From positions 2,074 to 66,073 of IMG/VR virus record IMGVR_UViG_3300018429_000003: DNA of 64,000 nucleotides, one strand, 5' to 3'. This document shows positions 9,600 to 19,391 of this stretch, piece after piece. Below the pieces are notes generated by a model. That model saw nothing but the letters and a program-made list of their open reading frames with translations. It searched no databases and was not told the origin of the DNA. The stretch comes from a virus (Duplodnaviria; Caudoviricetes). The position numbers and the translations under genes were made by a program. How positions within the stretch are numbered: the stretch's first letter is position 1; each line of letters starts with the position of its first letter.

Positions 9600-10274
9600 A
9601 TGTCCCAAAAAGTAAACGAGCCATTGCTAAATAATACTCAACTTCAGCAGGTTAAAGGGCTGATCTCAACGGCGATAGAAAAGGCAGAGACAAATCTCGC
9701 TACCACGCTATCGGATTTTCAGGTAGAGATGCGCGGCATGATCGAGAAGAGCGTTAAGGACGCGACGTCGAGCGTTGACGCTGAATCGGTTGAGATCATG
9801 TCCGATCCGGCCGTGTGGGGTGGGAGTAAGGCGGAAGGTGGACTATCTCGATTCAAGTGGCTTGATAAGAATGGCACTGCACGGCTAATCGACGTTGACG
9901 AGCCGCCGAGGGTGATTAGCACCTTCTCAGGCGAGCCAAATGCAAAGCCTGTGGTTACAGGTGCAGAAGCCAAACATAAATGGCTGCAGAAGTATCGCCC
10001 AGTTCAAGCGGCCGGCGGCAGGAGCCTCGAGAGCATCCAAACCAGCGGCGAGAACGATGGTCAGCATGAAGCGGATTGGCAGACAGCGAAAGAAACCCAG
10101 TTTGAAGTCCAGGCGGGGCACAAGTGGACTTCATCCAAGGACGGCACACAGGGGCTCAGCGGCACAAGTCAGTTTGCTGAGAAGCCGGGCATCGACCTGG
10201 GACAAAAGGATGATGGCGGGGCCATGATTGGCTCGACTGAGGTCAAGGTGGGCGGGGTGGATTCGAGGGGGTAA
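9600..10274 (+). CDS. Hypothetical protein
   Basis: AAGGA SD; 224 aa. Confidence 0.65.
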   Translation: MSQKVNEPLLNNTQLQQVKGLISTAIEKAETNLATTLSDFQVEMRGMIEKSVKDATSSVDAESVEIMSDPAVWGGSKAEGGLSRFKWLDKNGTARLIDVDEPPRVISTFSGEPNAKPVVTGAEAKHKWLQKYRPVQAAGGRSLESIQTSGENDGQHEADWQTAKETQFEVQAGHKWTSSKDGTQGLSGTSQFAEKPGIDLGQKDDGGAMIGSTEVKVGGVDSRG

Positions 10275-10276
10275 AC

Positions 10277-10480
10277 ATGAAGCAAATCATTCAGTTCATT
10301 TGGAACGCGCCGGCTTGGGTGATCATTGTCCCGATCTGCATTGTGGTTGGAATGGTAGGCTTAGGCATTTACCGTATCAATAGAGGGCGGCAAGAAGCGA
10401 TGAGCGAGTTTCATCAACGGCGGGAAGAGATGCGGGAGCGAATGGATCGCGGCGCCCGGCGGACAGGGACGGGAGGGTAA
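10277..10480 (+). CDS. Single-TM small protein
   Basis: TM segment WVIIVPICIVVGMVGLGIY; ends GTGG like the peptide at 8196. Confidence 0.6.
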   Translation: MKQIIQFIWNAPAWVIIVPICIVVGMVGLGIYRINRGRQEAMSEFHQRREEMRERMDRGARRTGTGG

Positions 10481-10484
10481 TGCT

Positions 10485-10757
10485 ATGAGCGAAACCCTAT
10501 TGTTAGTCGTCCTGGCGATTGCGATCACGCTCGTGATCTTCTTTCTGAAGCGGCAAGTCGCCGCGCGCACTGCGCCTTTAGACAAAAGAGTTGAGTTGGG
10601 CGTCAGGATCTTGCTGACGTTTCTCGGTGCTTTGATTGCTCACTGGCAGTATGGACGATCATCGGGTGGGCTGACCTTCTGGCTGGCCGTAGGCGCATCG
10701 TGTTTGATTCTCTACGCCGTGACCCACATGGCAGATCGGATTGTGCTGAAGGGATAA
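10485..10757 (+). CDS. Three-TM holin-like protein
   Basis: 90 aa with three hydrophobic helices; GGAGG SD. Confidence 0.6.
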   Translation: MSETLLLVVLAIAITLVIFFLKRQVAARTAPLDKRVELGVRILLTFLGALIAHWQYGRSSGGLTFWLAVGASCLILYAVTHMADRIVLKG

Positions 10758-10759
10758 TA

Positions 10760-10942
10760 ATGAAGTGTCCCAACTGCGGAGACGACGACTGGGAGGTCTG
10801 GTATATGAAAGCGCCATGGTTTAAGCGGGAAAGCAGCGGCGTTCAAGCCGGTACTGCTGACGGCCCGGCGGTTCATTGGGCTGAGGGCGAGCAGACTTGC
10901 CCAACGTGTAAGCATGCATGGTGGGTTTCGGACAGCGACTAA
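10760..10942 (+). CDS. Zn-ribbon protein
   Basis: MKCPNC...CPTCKH. Confidence 0.6.
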   Translation: MKCPNCGDDDWEVWYMKAPWFKRESSGVQAGTADGPAVHWAEGEQTCPTCKHAWWVSDSD

Positions 10943-11400
10943 TGAGTTTCTTGGACACCATCCCGGCCCCGGTGAAGTGGATAGTCGGCACCGCATTGGT
11001 CGTTGTCTTTTTGATCTTCGCATGGCTGTTTCTTACCCGGGGAATGAATGCGGTTAAGGACTTTGTTTTCTGGCGACAGGCAAATCAAAAACAGCAGGAA
11101 GTCAACACCAAGCTGGCGAAGGCGGAAGAGCAACAGAAGGCTCTCGATATAACCCTTCAGGAGTACGCGAAATCGAAAGAAGCGCTGGCGGCGGCGAAAA
11201 AGGAAAGCGAAATTAGAGAGAAGATATTCAATGACAATTCCAAGACCGCATCACAAAAGGTTGCTGCCTACAAAGACGCTTTGTCTGCTGCTCCCACTGT
11301 TACTGATCCTGTTGGGGTTTCCACAGATGACCTCTGTCAGCGCGCAAAGGCCATTGGAGGGAGTTCGCAACTTATCGCTGCCCTCTGCCCAGAAGGCTGA
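10942..11400 (+). CDS. i-spanin-like protein B
   Basis: N-terminal TM, coiled coil and C-terminal Cys pair; overlaps the next gene. Confidence 0.55.
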   Translation: MSFLDTIPAPVKWIVGTALVVVFLIFAWLFLTRGMNAVKDFVFWRQANQKQQEVNTKLAKAEEQQKALDITLQEYAKSKEALAAAKKESEIREKIFNDNSKTASQKVAAYKDALSAAPTVTDPVGVSTDDLCQRAKAIGGSSQLIAALCPEG

Positions 11401-11779
11401 CGAACTCACCAGGCTTCGCAATGCGGTAGTCGCAGCACAGGACCAAATTGACGATTTACAAAAGAAACTGAAGGCCGCAGACGCAGCGGTTGATAGTTTG
11501 ACTTTAGCGGTTGAGTCGGCAAAGCAAGCGTTCGAGGCGAATAGGGTTACACGCGAAGCCTACGAGAATAGTTTGGCCCTTGCCGATAAAGCGATTAAGC
11601 AACAGCAGGATTTGATAGCCACGTACCAGAGCGCAATTAAGACGCTGCAAGAGTTGGTAGGCATGGTGATGGCACGAGTAGCGAGCCTTGAAAAGGAGCG
11701 GGATAGCGCGAATAAGCGGGCGGCGCTGATGGGAATTGTATTAACGGCGGTAGGTGTGTTGGCTTCATTGCGAAAGTAG
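11231..11779 (+). CDS. Exported coiled-coil protein with a C-terminal hydrophobic helix (spanin-like partner B)
   Basis: Leu-rich signal peptide and long heptad region; ends AALMGIVLTAVGVLASLRK. Confidence 0.55.
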   Translation: MTIPRPHHKRLLPTKTLCLLLPLLLILLGFPQMTSVSAQRPLEGVRNLSLPSAQKADELTRLRNAVVAAQDQIDDLQKKLKAADAAVDSLTLAVESAKQAFEANRVTREAYENSLALADKAIKQQQDLIATYQSAIKTLQELVGMVMARVASLEKERDSANKRAALMGIVLTAVGVLASLRK

Positions 11780-11807
11780 AGCCGCAGATAGCATTCACGA
11801 GGTAGTC

Positions 11808-11837
11808 AAAAAATAAAATCCAGCGGCGTGCTAGCGT
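11808..11837 (+). promoter_or_regulatory. Late-type promoter, copy 5
   Basis: AAAAAATAAA-N14-TAGCGT, 7 nt before ATG 11845. Confidence 0.7.
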
Positions 11838-11844
11838 CAGGCCG

Positions 11845-12138
11845 ATGATTGCACCACGCCAAGTTTCGGTCCCACAGGGAACGTTTGCAAGCGCAGAGAT
11901 TCACGCAACGGTTATTCGCTGCGGATGTGGTAACCCGCAAGCGCACGCGAAGCTGAACAAGCCTTGCCCAACGCCTAAAGCATTGGAACTTGCCGGGGAT
12001 GGCGGACTGGTTGGACGGGTGACGGCCAGTGAAATCGGTGCCTACACGTTTGAGCGGGAACCAACCTTGAACGAACTTCTTTCAGACCTTTACCACGCGA
12101 CTATCGGCCGAGTGACGGCCAAATTAAGGAGAGCTTAG
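11845..12138 (+). CDS. Hypothetical protein
   Basis: 97 aa; first gene after a late promoter. Confidence 0.6.
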   Translation: MIAPRQVSVPQGTFASAEIHATVIRCGCGNPQAHAKLNKPCPTPKALELAGDGGLVGRVTASEIGAYTFEREPTLNELLSDLYHATIGRVTAKLRRA

Positions 12139-12140
12139 AC

Positions 12141-12455
12141 ATGGGTGACGGTTTTGATATTGCCGACATGAAGACTCGCCAGCTCACTGGCTTCCTTCAA
12201 TTGAATGACATCACGCCGGAGACTGAAGGCGGTCGTCACATGCTTTTGAAGCGCTTCGTTGACGAACTCGAGGATGACTGGAATAACGAGCACCGCGACC
12301 AACTGCGCAGAAGCGATTGTCAAAAGCTTTTCACTGCCGATGACGTGCGACGGTATGCCGGCATAACGGAGGATGGCGTTGCGGAAAACGCGCCCTTGCC
12401 GCTTAAGGACCGCGCTGAGTTTGCCGACTTTCTTGAAGCCGGTGGAGCGGACTGA
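12141..12455 (+). CDS. Hypothetical acidic protein
   Basis: AAGGAG SD; 104 aa. Confidence 0.6.
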   Translation: MGDGFDIADMKTRQLTGFLQLNDITPETEGGRHMLLKRFVDELEDDWNNEHRDQLRRSDCQKLFTADDVRRYAGITEDGVAENAPLPLKDRAEFADFLEAGGAD

Positions 12456-12495
12456 GCCTTTCATTTCTGAGTTGATTTAAGGGAGAGTTGGACCA

Positions 12496-12966
12496 ATGAA
12501 ACAATACAAGAAAGATGCCTTGCGGCTGGGCTTCATTATCTCGATGGTGATCGCTCTGGCTGTCCAGTTGGGCTCGCTGATGCCGGTTCTGCTTGCGGCG
12601 GGACCCTTCTTTCAAGATAGCGGTAAGGCCATCTGCTCGAACCTCGTATCAGGCCTGGGTGGGACCGTGCCGCGCTACGTGGCCATAGGTACTGGCGCCG
12701 GGCCGGCTGACTCTACCGCCACAGCCCTGACAACTGAAGTCGAAACCCGCACGTCTGGCACGCCAACCCGCGTAACCACTACGGTAACGAACGATACTCT
12801 TCAGGTCGTGGGCACGATTACGATGACGGCCAATCGCGCGCTCACTGAAGTCGGACTGTTTGATGCGTCGTCTGCCGGGAGCGCGTTGATCTTATCGGGC
12901 ATTTCAGTGATTAACCTGTTGACTGGCGACAGTATCCAATTGACCTTTCGCCTACAGTTTTCTTAA
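12496..12966 (+). CDS. Virion fibre/collar-type structural protein
   Basis: YVAIGTG....TATALTTE...ALTEVGLFDA motif common in phage fibre-anchoring proteins. Confidence 0.7.
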   Translation: MKQYKKDALRLGFIISMVIALAVQLGSLMPVLLAAGPFFQDSGKAICSNLVSGLGGTVPRYVAIGTGAGPADSTATALTTEVETRTSGTPTRVTTTVTNDTLQVVGTITMTANRALTEVGLFDASSAGSALILSGISVINLLTGDSIQLTFRLQFS

Positions 12967-13001
12967 GCGGCTTAGTTTTTCAGGCGAACTTCTTATTTTA
13001 G

Positions 13002-13039
13002 TGGCCGCGTCGCTTACCAAGTCGGCGCGGCCAATCTTT
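13002..13039 (+). terminator. GC-rich hairpin, possible terminator or processing site
   Basis: TGGCCGCGTCG...CGGCGCGGCCA followed by ATCTTT (weak U-tract). Confidence 0.35.
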
Positions 13040-13046
13040 AACGCTA

Positions 13047-14744
13047 ATGGATAATGTCGCAAACTTCGCGGTTAGCACTTTAGCGGCGGGGATTGCCGCT
13101 GGCGCTACTTCGATGTCTGTTGCTACCGGCGAAGGCGCTGCCTTTCCTGATGAACCCTTCACAATCGTCATTTGGGATAGATCAAGCTATTCGCGAGCAT
13201 CGCTCGATCCAAATAAAGAAATCATACGAGTACTGGTGAAGGATGGAGACGACTTCACTACGATCGTTCGCGGTCAGGAAGGAACCGGGGACAGCGCGCA
13301 TGACACCTCCGGGCATGTGTACGAGGTCACCAACAGTCCAACGGCCGGAATGTTCGAGACCATTGCCACTGCGTTTGCCGATCAGTCCGCAGGGCAGGTA
13401 TGGGCCGGACCTGTATCAGGTGGAGCAGATGCGCCGGGCTTTAGGTCACTGACCGCTACAGACTTTTCCTTTCTCACTCCCGGTTCAGTGCTTTTTGGAG
13501 GAGAGGATGGAGAGCTCGCCGAAGACAACGACGTTCTCCATTACGATGCCGTCAATAAAGTTCTGACGTTTGACGTTGAAGGTGGTCTGGGGTCACAGAC
13601 AGACTTGGCAAGTTGGGCGCTGAGCACGTTTCGCATAACCAAGAGCGTGGACTCTTCAGCAGGTCAATATCTGGTTGCCCTCCAGCCTTACGCAACCGAT
13701 GACTCCGGCGCGGTCGGTAATTACGAAAAAGCCGCCCTTCTAATTCAAGCTAAGACAAACGATCCCTCGGAACCAGGTTCGGATCGCGACATGGTGGGCA
13801 TCGACTCTCGCGGGATCATCGCTTCAACCAATCCTACAGGTCGCGCATGGGGCGGCGCATTCCAAGGTGTCGTTGAGGACGGTGGTGACGGCTATGCCAT
13901 AGCATGCGAGTTCTCCATTGACAACGAGGGAGTGGACCAACCGCTGATCGGTCAAACTAACAGCAAGAACGTCTTGAATGTGATAACAACTGGAAACGGA
14001 GCAACTGCAGCAATAAATATCTTTGGCTCAGGAGGTGGTTTTCACAAAGGGCTTTACATGAACCCCACCCACATCCTCGGGACGCACGCGAACGACTCCT
14101 TTATTGAGCTTCTGGATACCTGGAAAGTCAAAAAGGATGGCTCGACTTTCGTAACTGGAGGCGTGAACAACCTTACGCTCCTCACGTTAAAGCGCAACAC
14201 TGACACCGCTCCGACCGGGAAGTTTGTTGACTTTCAGAATGCCGCTGGCGGCTCGCTGTTTTCGGTAAATGTCGCGGGGCTGGTCACTACCGCCAACGGC
14301 TTTTCTGGCCCAACACACGGCGTTATCGACGGCAGCAATGCGACGGCTGGAGACGTGGGCGAATACATTACCGCAACCTTAGCGTTAGGTTCTGAGACTT
14401 CTCTAACAACCGCGACCGGGAAAACTGTAATAAGCATTTCACTGACCGCGGGTGATTGGGACGTGTGGGGCACAATGGTTCACAAGATCGCTGCCACCAC
14501 TAACATCACCCTGCTGACTTGTAGTATCGGAACTGTCGATAACACGCTGAACGCTGCTGTAGAGCAGCGAAACCATGTCGCCTATCCGGGTGTCGTGATC
14601 GGCGCTGGGAGTATCACCCAAAACGCGCCCATGACGCGCATCTCCGTTTCTGGGACGACCACCGTATATCTGGTTGCTTTAGACGTTTTCTCTGTTAGCA
14701 CAATCTCTGCCTACGGTTTTATTTCAGCACGAAGAGTGCGGTAA
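13047..14744 (+). CDS. Tail/head fibre protein
   Basis: N-terminal NFAVSTLAAGI...VRGQEGT fibre domain; Gly/Thr-rich body; C-terminal SNATAGDVGEY...LTAGDWDV...ISARRVR domain. Confidence 0.8.
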   Translation: MDNVANFAVSTLAAGIAAGATSMSVATGEGAAFPDEPFTIVIWDRSSYSRASLDPNKEIIRVLVKDGDDFTTIVRGQEGTGDSAHDTSGHVYEVTNSPTAGMFETIATAFADQSAGQVWAGPVSGGADAPGFRSLTATDFSFLTPGSVLFGGEDGELAEDNDVLHYDAVNKVLTFDVEGGLGSQTDLASWALSTFRITKSVDSSAGQYLVALQPYATDDSGAVGNYEKAALLIQAKTNDPSEPGSDRDMVGIDSRGIIASTNPTGRAWGGAFQGVVEDGGDGYAIACEFSIDNEGVDQPLIGQTNSKNVLNVITTGNGATAAINIFGSGGGFHKGLYMNPTHILGTHANDSFIELLDTWKVKKDGSTFVTGGVNNLTLLTLKRNTDTAPTGKFVDFQNAAGGSLFSVNVAGLVTTANGFSGPTHGVIDGSNATAGDVGEYITATLALGSETSLTTATGKTVISISLTAGDWDVWGTMVHKIAATTNITLLTCSIGTVDNTLNAAVEQRNHVAYPGVVIGAGSITQNAPMTRISVSGTTTVYLVALDVFSVSTISAYGFISARRVR

Positions 14745-14760
14745 TAATAGGAGCAAAGAC

Positions 14761-15264
14761 ATGAAACTTACTTACCGGAGATCCTTTGAATTTGGAAGCG
14801 GTGGGCGGATAGCCGGCATCAGGCTTGGCTTGGCTCACGTCTATCTCGCGAATAACAAAGATGAGACGAAGGTCGCTTATTCGATGCAGCGGAGCTTGGT
14901 CCAAATGCGCAAGATAGAGCAAACCTACCTTGACGCAGGGAGGGCCATCGATCGCCAATTCTGCGCCACAAATGAAAAAGGAATTGTTCTCAAAGACGTG
15001 CACGGTAACTTCGATTTTACCAAAGAGGATCTGACCAACCGTGATAACGCGGTTATGGCATTGCTGAATTCTGAGATTGAATTTACCCAATACCTTGCGA
15101 CCAGCATTCCTCAGTCAGTTGCCGACACGCTTACGTATGAACAGTTAGAGTGTTTTGACGGAATCGTGATTTCCCACGAGGATGTAGAGCGCATACTGGC
15201 CGAGCGAGAACAAAGAGCTGGAGGGGTCAAGTCGCCCCAGGCCGCTCAAGAGCAAGTAATGTAA
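14761..15264 (+). CDS. Hypothetical protein (possible fibre chaperone)
   Basis: AGGAG SD; lies directly after the fibre gene. Confidence 0.55.
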   Translation: MKLTYRRSFEFGSGGRIAGIRLGLAHVYLANNKDETKVAYSMQRSLVQMRKIEQTYLDAGRAIDRQFCATNEKGIVLKDVHGNFDFTKEDLTNRDNAVMALLNSEIEFTQYLATSIPQSVADTLTYEQLECFDGIVISHEDVERILAEREQRAGGVKSPQAAQEQVM

Positions 15265-15282
15265 GCATGATCGGGAGACTGA

Positions 15283-16527
15283 ATGTATCTTGGAGGTGAA
15301 GCACTTGGCGAGAACGCTCTGGCAGATAGCCACGCCTCACAGGTGTCATTCGAGATCAGCGCGCTAAGCTCGAACTTTGCTTCAGCAATCAAACAGCCCC
15401 GCCAGATTATTGCGCTTGCCACGGCAAATGAAGCCACGTCGATCGCCTCCCGCCTGTACGTCCTTGCCTTAGACGTTGCGACCACAACTATCGCGCTAGT
15501 TGTTTACGCAGTGACAAGGGAGGTAGTCGCTACGGCAACGGCTGTGGCCACCTTCATCCAGTCGGTTCTCAGGCAGGTATTTATCGACGTCAACTCCTCG
15601 GAAGAGACTTTCGTGGTCAAGATGGCAGCGCCGATTATTCGAGCAAATGCGGCGGGCGTTCCATCGCTTTCGAGGGCGGTTTACGTATCAGTCCTATCAA
15701 TCGCTAACGCTAACCCAGCAATCGCCCGGGACGTGCTTGTCGCTATCAGCGTAGATGCGAGCGGCGTTGCAACTACGGTGAAGTCAGCCTTGTTGCGCGT
15801 GGCCGTCGTAACCGCGACTGTCGAGGCGAGTGTTATTCGGTTCGTGATGTTCGTCGTGAGTGCCACTGCTAATGCGGCCAGCTTTGTCGAACGTCTTCCT
15901 TTGGTCTCGTTTGCTTTGGTAGCCAGCGGCACATCGTTTCTATCAAGAGCGGTATCGACCTCTGTAGCTGCCGCGAGCGGTAGCCTGGCCACACTTCTCA
16001 GGGATGCCGCGGTCCACGCTTCCACTCAATCCATTGGTGAACCCTCGGTTATTCGTCTGCCTGAAATGATTGTTAGCGCCAACAGTGAGGCCCAGCCTTC
16101 CATTATTAAGCTCTCACTGATTGCGTTGGAAGCAATGGCCACGGGAATGCCGGCGGAGGTGATAAAGCAAGCTCAAGTGCGTATCAGTGCAAACGCCGTG
16201 GGCCATCCTTCAATACTTCGGTCAATCATCCTGCTCGTTGCGATTGTCGTCTCTTCTGAAGTGGCCTCGATCAAACGGGAAGTGTCGACCTCAGTACAGA
16301 GTGTGATTGCTACCGGCGTTTCTTCTGTCCTGGTGTCGCCGCTGCGAATCCTGGTGGCTCTCGCAACCGGGATGGCCTCGCTGAGTAATCGCTCTGTTGG
16401 GATTATCGTGCGGAAGGCTACTAACGCGCTGGCCTCGTTTCTTACTCTGCAGATTCGACGCGTGCGCTTGCCGTCTTCGGTGAAGCTGGACTCGGACGGA
16501 ACAACCAAGGTGAAGGTTGATAATTGA
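15283..16527 (+). CDS. Ala/Val/Ser-rich repetitive structural protein
   Basis: Low-complexity pseudo-repeats of roughly 22 aa; MYLGGEALGE N-terminus. Confidence 0.65.
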   Translation: MYLGGEALGENALADSHASQVSFEISALSSNFASAIKQPRQIIALATANEATSIASRLYVLALDVATTTIALVVYAVTREVVATATAVATFIQSVLRQVFIDVNSSEETFVVKMAAPIIRANAAGVPSLSRAVYVSVLSIANANPAIARDVLVAISVDASGVATTVKSALLRVAVVTATVEASVIRFVMFVVSATANAASFVERLPLVSFALVASGTSFLSRAVSTSVAAASGSLATLLRDAAVHASTQSIGEPSVIRLPEMIVSANSEAQPSIIKLSLIALEAMATGMPAEVIKQAQVRISANAVGHPSILRSIILLVAIVVSSEVASIKREVSTSVQSVIATGVSSVLVSPLRILVALATGMASLSNRSVGIIVRKATNALASFLTLQIRRVRLPSSVKLDSDGTTKVKVDN

Positions 16528-16528
16528 G

Positions 16529-16873
16529 ATGCTGAATCCGGACATCACAATTAAGAGAGGGGACCACGGCAAGGTCGTTGCCGGTCAGTTTCTCGACTCC
16601 CACGGCGCACCGGTACCTCTTCCAGGTTCAATCACGCGCAAGCTCTTTATGCGTGGCTACTCAACCAACGTAATAAAGATCAACGGTGCGAATTTTATCT
16701 TTCTTGACGCGGAGGTTGGCACCTGGTCCTACACGATGACACCTGAGGACGTGGACACGAGCGGCGTTTACAAAATCGAGTTTGAAGTAACGCGGCCCGG
16801 AATTGTCGATACCTTTCCCACGGATCCAGAGAACCCTTACCTGATAGTGCTGATACAGGACGATATGGGCTAA
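16529..16873 (+). CDS. BppU-like Ig-fold virion protein
   Basis: ITIKRGD...DAEVGTWSY...DVDTSGVYKIEFEVT...TFP pattern. Confidence 0.7.
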   Translation: MLNPDITIKRGDHGKVVAGQFLDSHGAPVPLPGSITRKLFMRGYSTNVIKINGANFIFLDAEVGTWSYTMTPEDVDTSGVYKIEFEVTRPGIVDTFPTDPENPYLIVLIQDDMG

Positions 16874-18366
16874 TGGCTGAGAACGACACATCGCTACCAG
16901 ATGCAATGCGGGTACCTGCTTCGAAGCGCGGCTACTTCGACGAGCTCGGGCGCACCGGTCTATTGCAGTATGGTGGCTGGATTCAGGAAGAGTTTCTGTC
17001 AGAACTCACGGGCGCTCGTTGGGTTCGCATCGTCAAGGAGATGCTGGCGAACGATCCTGTTATTCATTCAATGTTCTTCACTGTTGAGTTACTAACTCGA
17101 GGCGTTGAGTGGAAGGTAACGCCGGGCTCCGACGACAACGAAGGCAGGCAACGCGCAGACTTCGTGCAATCGAACCTCGACGACATGTCACAGAGTTGGA
17201 AGGATATGATTTCCGAGATTCTGTCGTTTCTCGCCTGGGGCTTTAGCTATCACGAGATTTGCTACAAGCTGCGGAACGGTGACAAGCCGGGTACGTTTGT
17301 TAACGCTGAGGGGAAAGAAGAAGAGCTGCCGATAAGCAAGTTCAACGACGGGCGTATTGGTTGGCGCAAGCTGCCCATTCGCTCGCAAGACTCACTTGAG
17401 CGTTGGGAGATAGACGACAAAGGCGGGATTCAAGGCTTCTGGCAAAATACACTGTTCAGCCGGAATTTTATTCCTATCGATAAAAGTCTGCTGTTCAGGA
17501 CTTCGATAAACAAGAATTCGCCTGAAGGTAGGTCGCTTTGTAGACGGATATATCGGCCATGGTATTTCAAGCAAAAGATCGAGAACATCGAGGGCATTGG
17601 AATTGAGCGGGACCTTGCCGGGCTGCCCGTCATTAAGCTTCCCGCCGAGTACTTCAACCCAGCTGGTACATCTGAGCAAAAAGCAGTGCTTGCGCAGTAT
17701 ATGAAGGTCGCTACGAATATCCGAAACGATGAGCAGGCAGGCCTCCTCGTGCCTTCCAACTGTTTCCCTGACACTCAGATTCCGATGTTTGACGTCAAGT
17801 TGTTATCTGCCAGCGGAACTCGCCAGTTCGACACTGGCAAGATTATTCAACGGTACGATCAGCGAATCCTCATGACGATGATGGCTGACTTTCTATTGTT
17901 GGGCCATGAGAAGGTTGGATCGTTCGCCCTGGCAAGTTCCAAGACCGAATTATTCTCCATCGCGCTCAGCGGATTCCTCGATATCATCTGTGACGTCTTC
18001 AATCGTCATCCTATCCCGAAACTGCTACGGCTCAATGGCATGCCGACCGACAAGCAACCGATGCTCACACACGGTGATGTTGAAACGGTCGACCTTAAGG
18101 AGCTCGCACAACTTGTCTCAAGTGTCTCAGGTACCAAGATTGAATTGAGCACCGACGAACAAGACTGGGTACTATCACAAGCTGGCTTCCCTGTCGTCGC
18201 CGGGGCCCGTGAGAAGCTACAAAAGGAAGCTGAGAAGAAAGCGGAGAAGATAGCGAAGCAAACGGCAGCGAATGCGCCTCCGCTCAATAAACCTGAGACG
18301 AATGGAAATAAGCCGCCAACTCCACAACTGCAAGAGCAGGATGGCGCTGTTCTCAATGCAACCTGA
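16873..18366 (+). CDS. Portal protein (Mu gp29/DUF935-like)
   Basis: WGFSYHEI, NSPEGRSLCR.IYRPWYFK..IENIEGIGIERDLAGLP, GSFALASSK. Confidence 0.9.
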   Translation: MAENDTSLPDAMRVPASKRGYFDELGRTGLLQYGGWIQEEFLSELTGARWVRIVKEMLANDPVIHSMFFTVELLTRGVEWKVTPGSDDNEGRQRADFVQSNLDDMSQSWKDMISEILSFLAWGFSYHEICYKLRNGDKPGTFVNAEGKEEELPISKFNDGRIGWRKLPIRSQDSLERWEIDDKGGIQGFWQNTLFSRNFIPIDKSLLFRTSINKNSPEGRSLCRRIYRPWYFKQKIENIEGIGIERDLAGLPVIKLPAEYFNPAGTSEQKAVLAQYMKVATNIRNDEQAGLLVPSNCFPDTQIPMFDVKLLSASGTRQFDTGKIIQRYDQRILMTMMADFLLLGHEKVGSFALASSKTELFSIALSGFLDIICDVFNRHPIPKLLRLNGMPTDKQPMLTHGDVETVDLKELAQLVSSVSGTKIELSTDEQDWVLSQAGFPVVAGAREKLQKEAEKKAEKIAKQTAANAPPLNKPETNGNKPPTPQLQEQDGAVLNAT

Positions 18367-18385
18367 CCTGTGGTATTAACACCCT

Positions 18386-18586
18386 ATGCCACGTCGCTTT
18401 GTCATCAGACCCCCAGCCAGCGAGCCCGTACAGGCCACAGAGTCTACCGGGGCGTTCGATTGGTCTGAGGCTGAACTTGATGCGCTCAGTGAAGTCTCAC
18501 GTGAGGACATGGATGACACCCGCGACTGGTTGAGGAGGCTGGGCCAGGATGGAGCGGCGGCGCTGTTTGAAGCGGAGGTGGAGTGA
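18386..18586 (+). CDS. Small acidic hypothetical protein
   Basis: 66 aa, within the head operon. Confidence 0.55.
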   Translation: MPRRFVIRPPASEPVQATESTGAFDWSEAELDALSEVSREDMDDTRDWLRRLGQDGAAALFEAEVE

Positions 18587-18771
18587 TGGACGTACCGCAA
18601 GGTCAATCGATAATCGACAGTGAGCTTTCGCCGGGCCATCGCGAGCTACTCGCCGATTACTTAACCTCCCTTGATGGACTAATCGAAGCCAGTCAGAAGG
18701 CTGCCGAGGCGGGCCGTCAGATGATCGCACGGGCAGAGGTCGCCGAACTGGAGGAGCTATATCGAAAGTAA
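18583..18771 (+). CDS. Hypothetical protein
   Basis: GGAGG SD; coupled to neighbours on both sides. Confidence 0.55.
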   Translation: MMDVPQGQSIIDSELSPGHRELLADYLTSLDGLIEASQKAAEAGRQMIARAEVAELEELYRK

Positions 18772-19391
18772 TGCCCGTCACTCTCACTTCAGTCTCATGG
18801 GACGCTACCCGCCAACGCTACGTAACAGCGAGCGGCAAGACTCTCACTCACGCGCAGGTCCGCAAGCTCATTGATGCAGCCGTAACGGCCTCCAGCGCCC
18901 GGCTCAAAGGTTGGGCCGCTCAGATGCAAGCTGGAAAGCTCAGCGTTCCCAAGTGGCAGGCACTGATGGCCCGCGAGGTTAAGAACGTGCACGCCGCGGT
19001 GTCCGTGATAGCCAACGGCGGGCGTAACGCAATGACACCTTCGCTTTGGGGTAAGTTGGGAGCCGACCTTAAGTTTCAATTCAAGCATCTTCGTGACTTC
19101 GCTCTTGCGGTCCCGCGAACGATTAGCGACCGAACAGGATCCATTCCACCGCGCGCTGAGATGTACGGCACTGCGGCAATCGGGAGTTACGAGAACGCGG
19201 TCTTGGAGCGTAATAAGAAGTTTGGATTGAGCATTGCCCGGCGGGTGATGGCCCGAGGCGTCGATTCATGTGATGTCTGTATTGATGAAGACGACTTAGG
19301 CTGGCAGGACATCAATGAGATTCGGGCGATAGGAGATTCGCCGTGTATGGGCAGGTGTAATTGCCGGATAGAGTATGAAGAGGTTAGCTAA
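18771..19391 (+). CDS. Head morphogenesis/minor capsid protein (Mu F/SPP1 gp7-like)
   Basis: C-terminal SCDVC...C..RCNCRI motif; lies after the portal. Confidence 0.7.
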   Translation: MPVTLTSVSWDATRQRYVTASGKTLTHAQVRKLIDAAVTASSARLKGWAAQMQAGKLSVPKWQALMAREVKNVHAAVSVIANGGRNAMTPSLWGKLGADLKFQFKHLRDFALAVPRTISDRTGSIPPRAEMYGTAAIGSYENAVLERNKKFGLSIARRVMARGVDSCDVCIDEDDLGWQDINEIRAIGDSPCMGRCNCRIEYEEVS

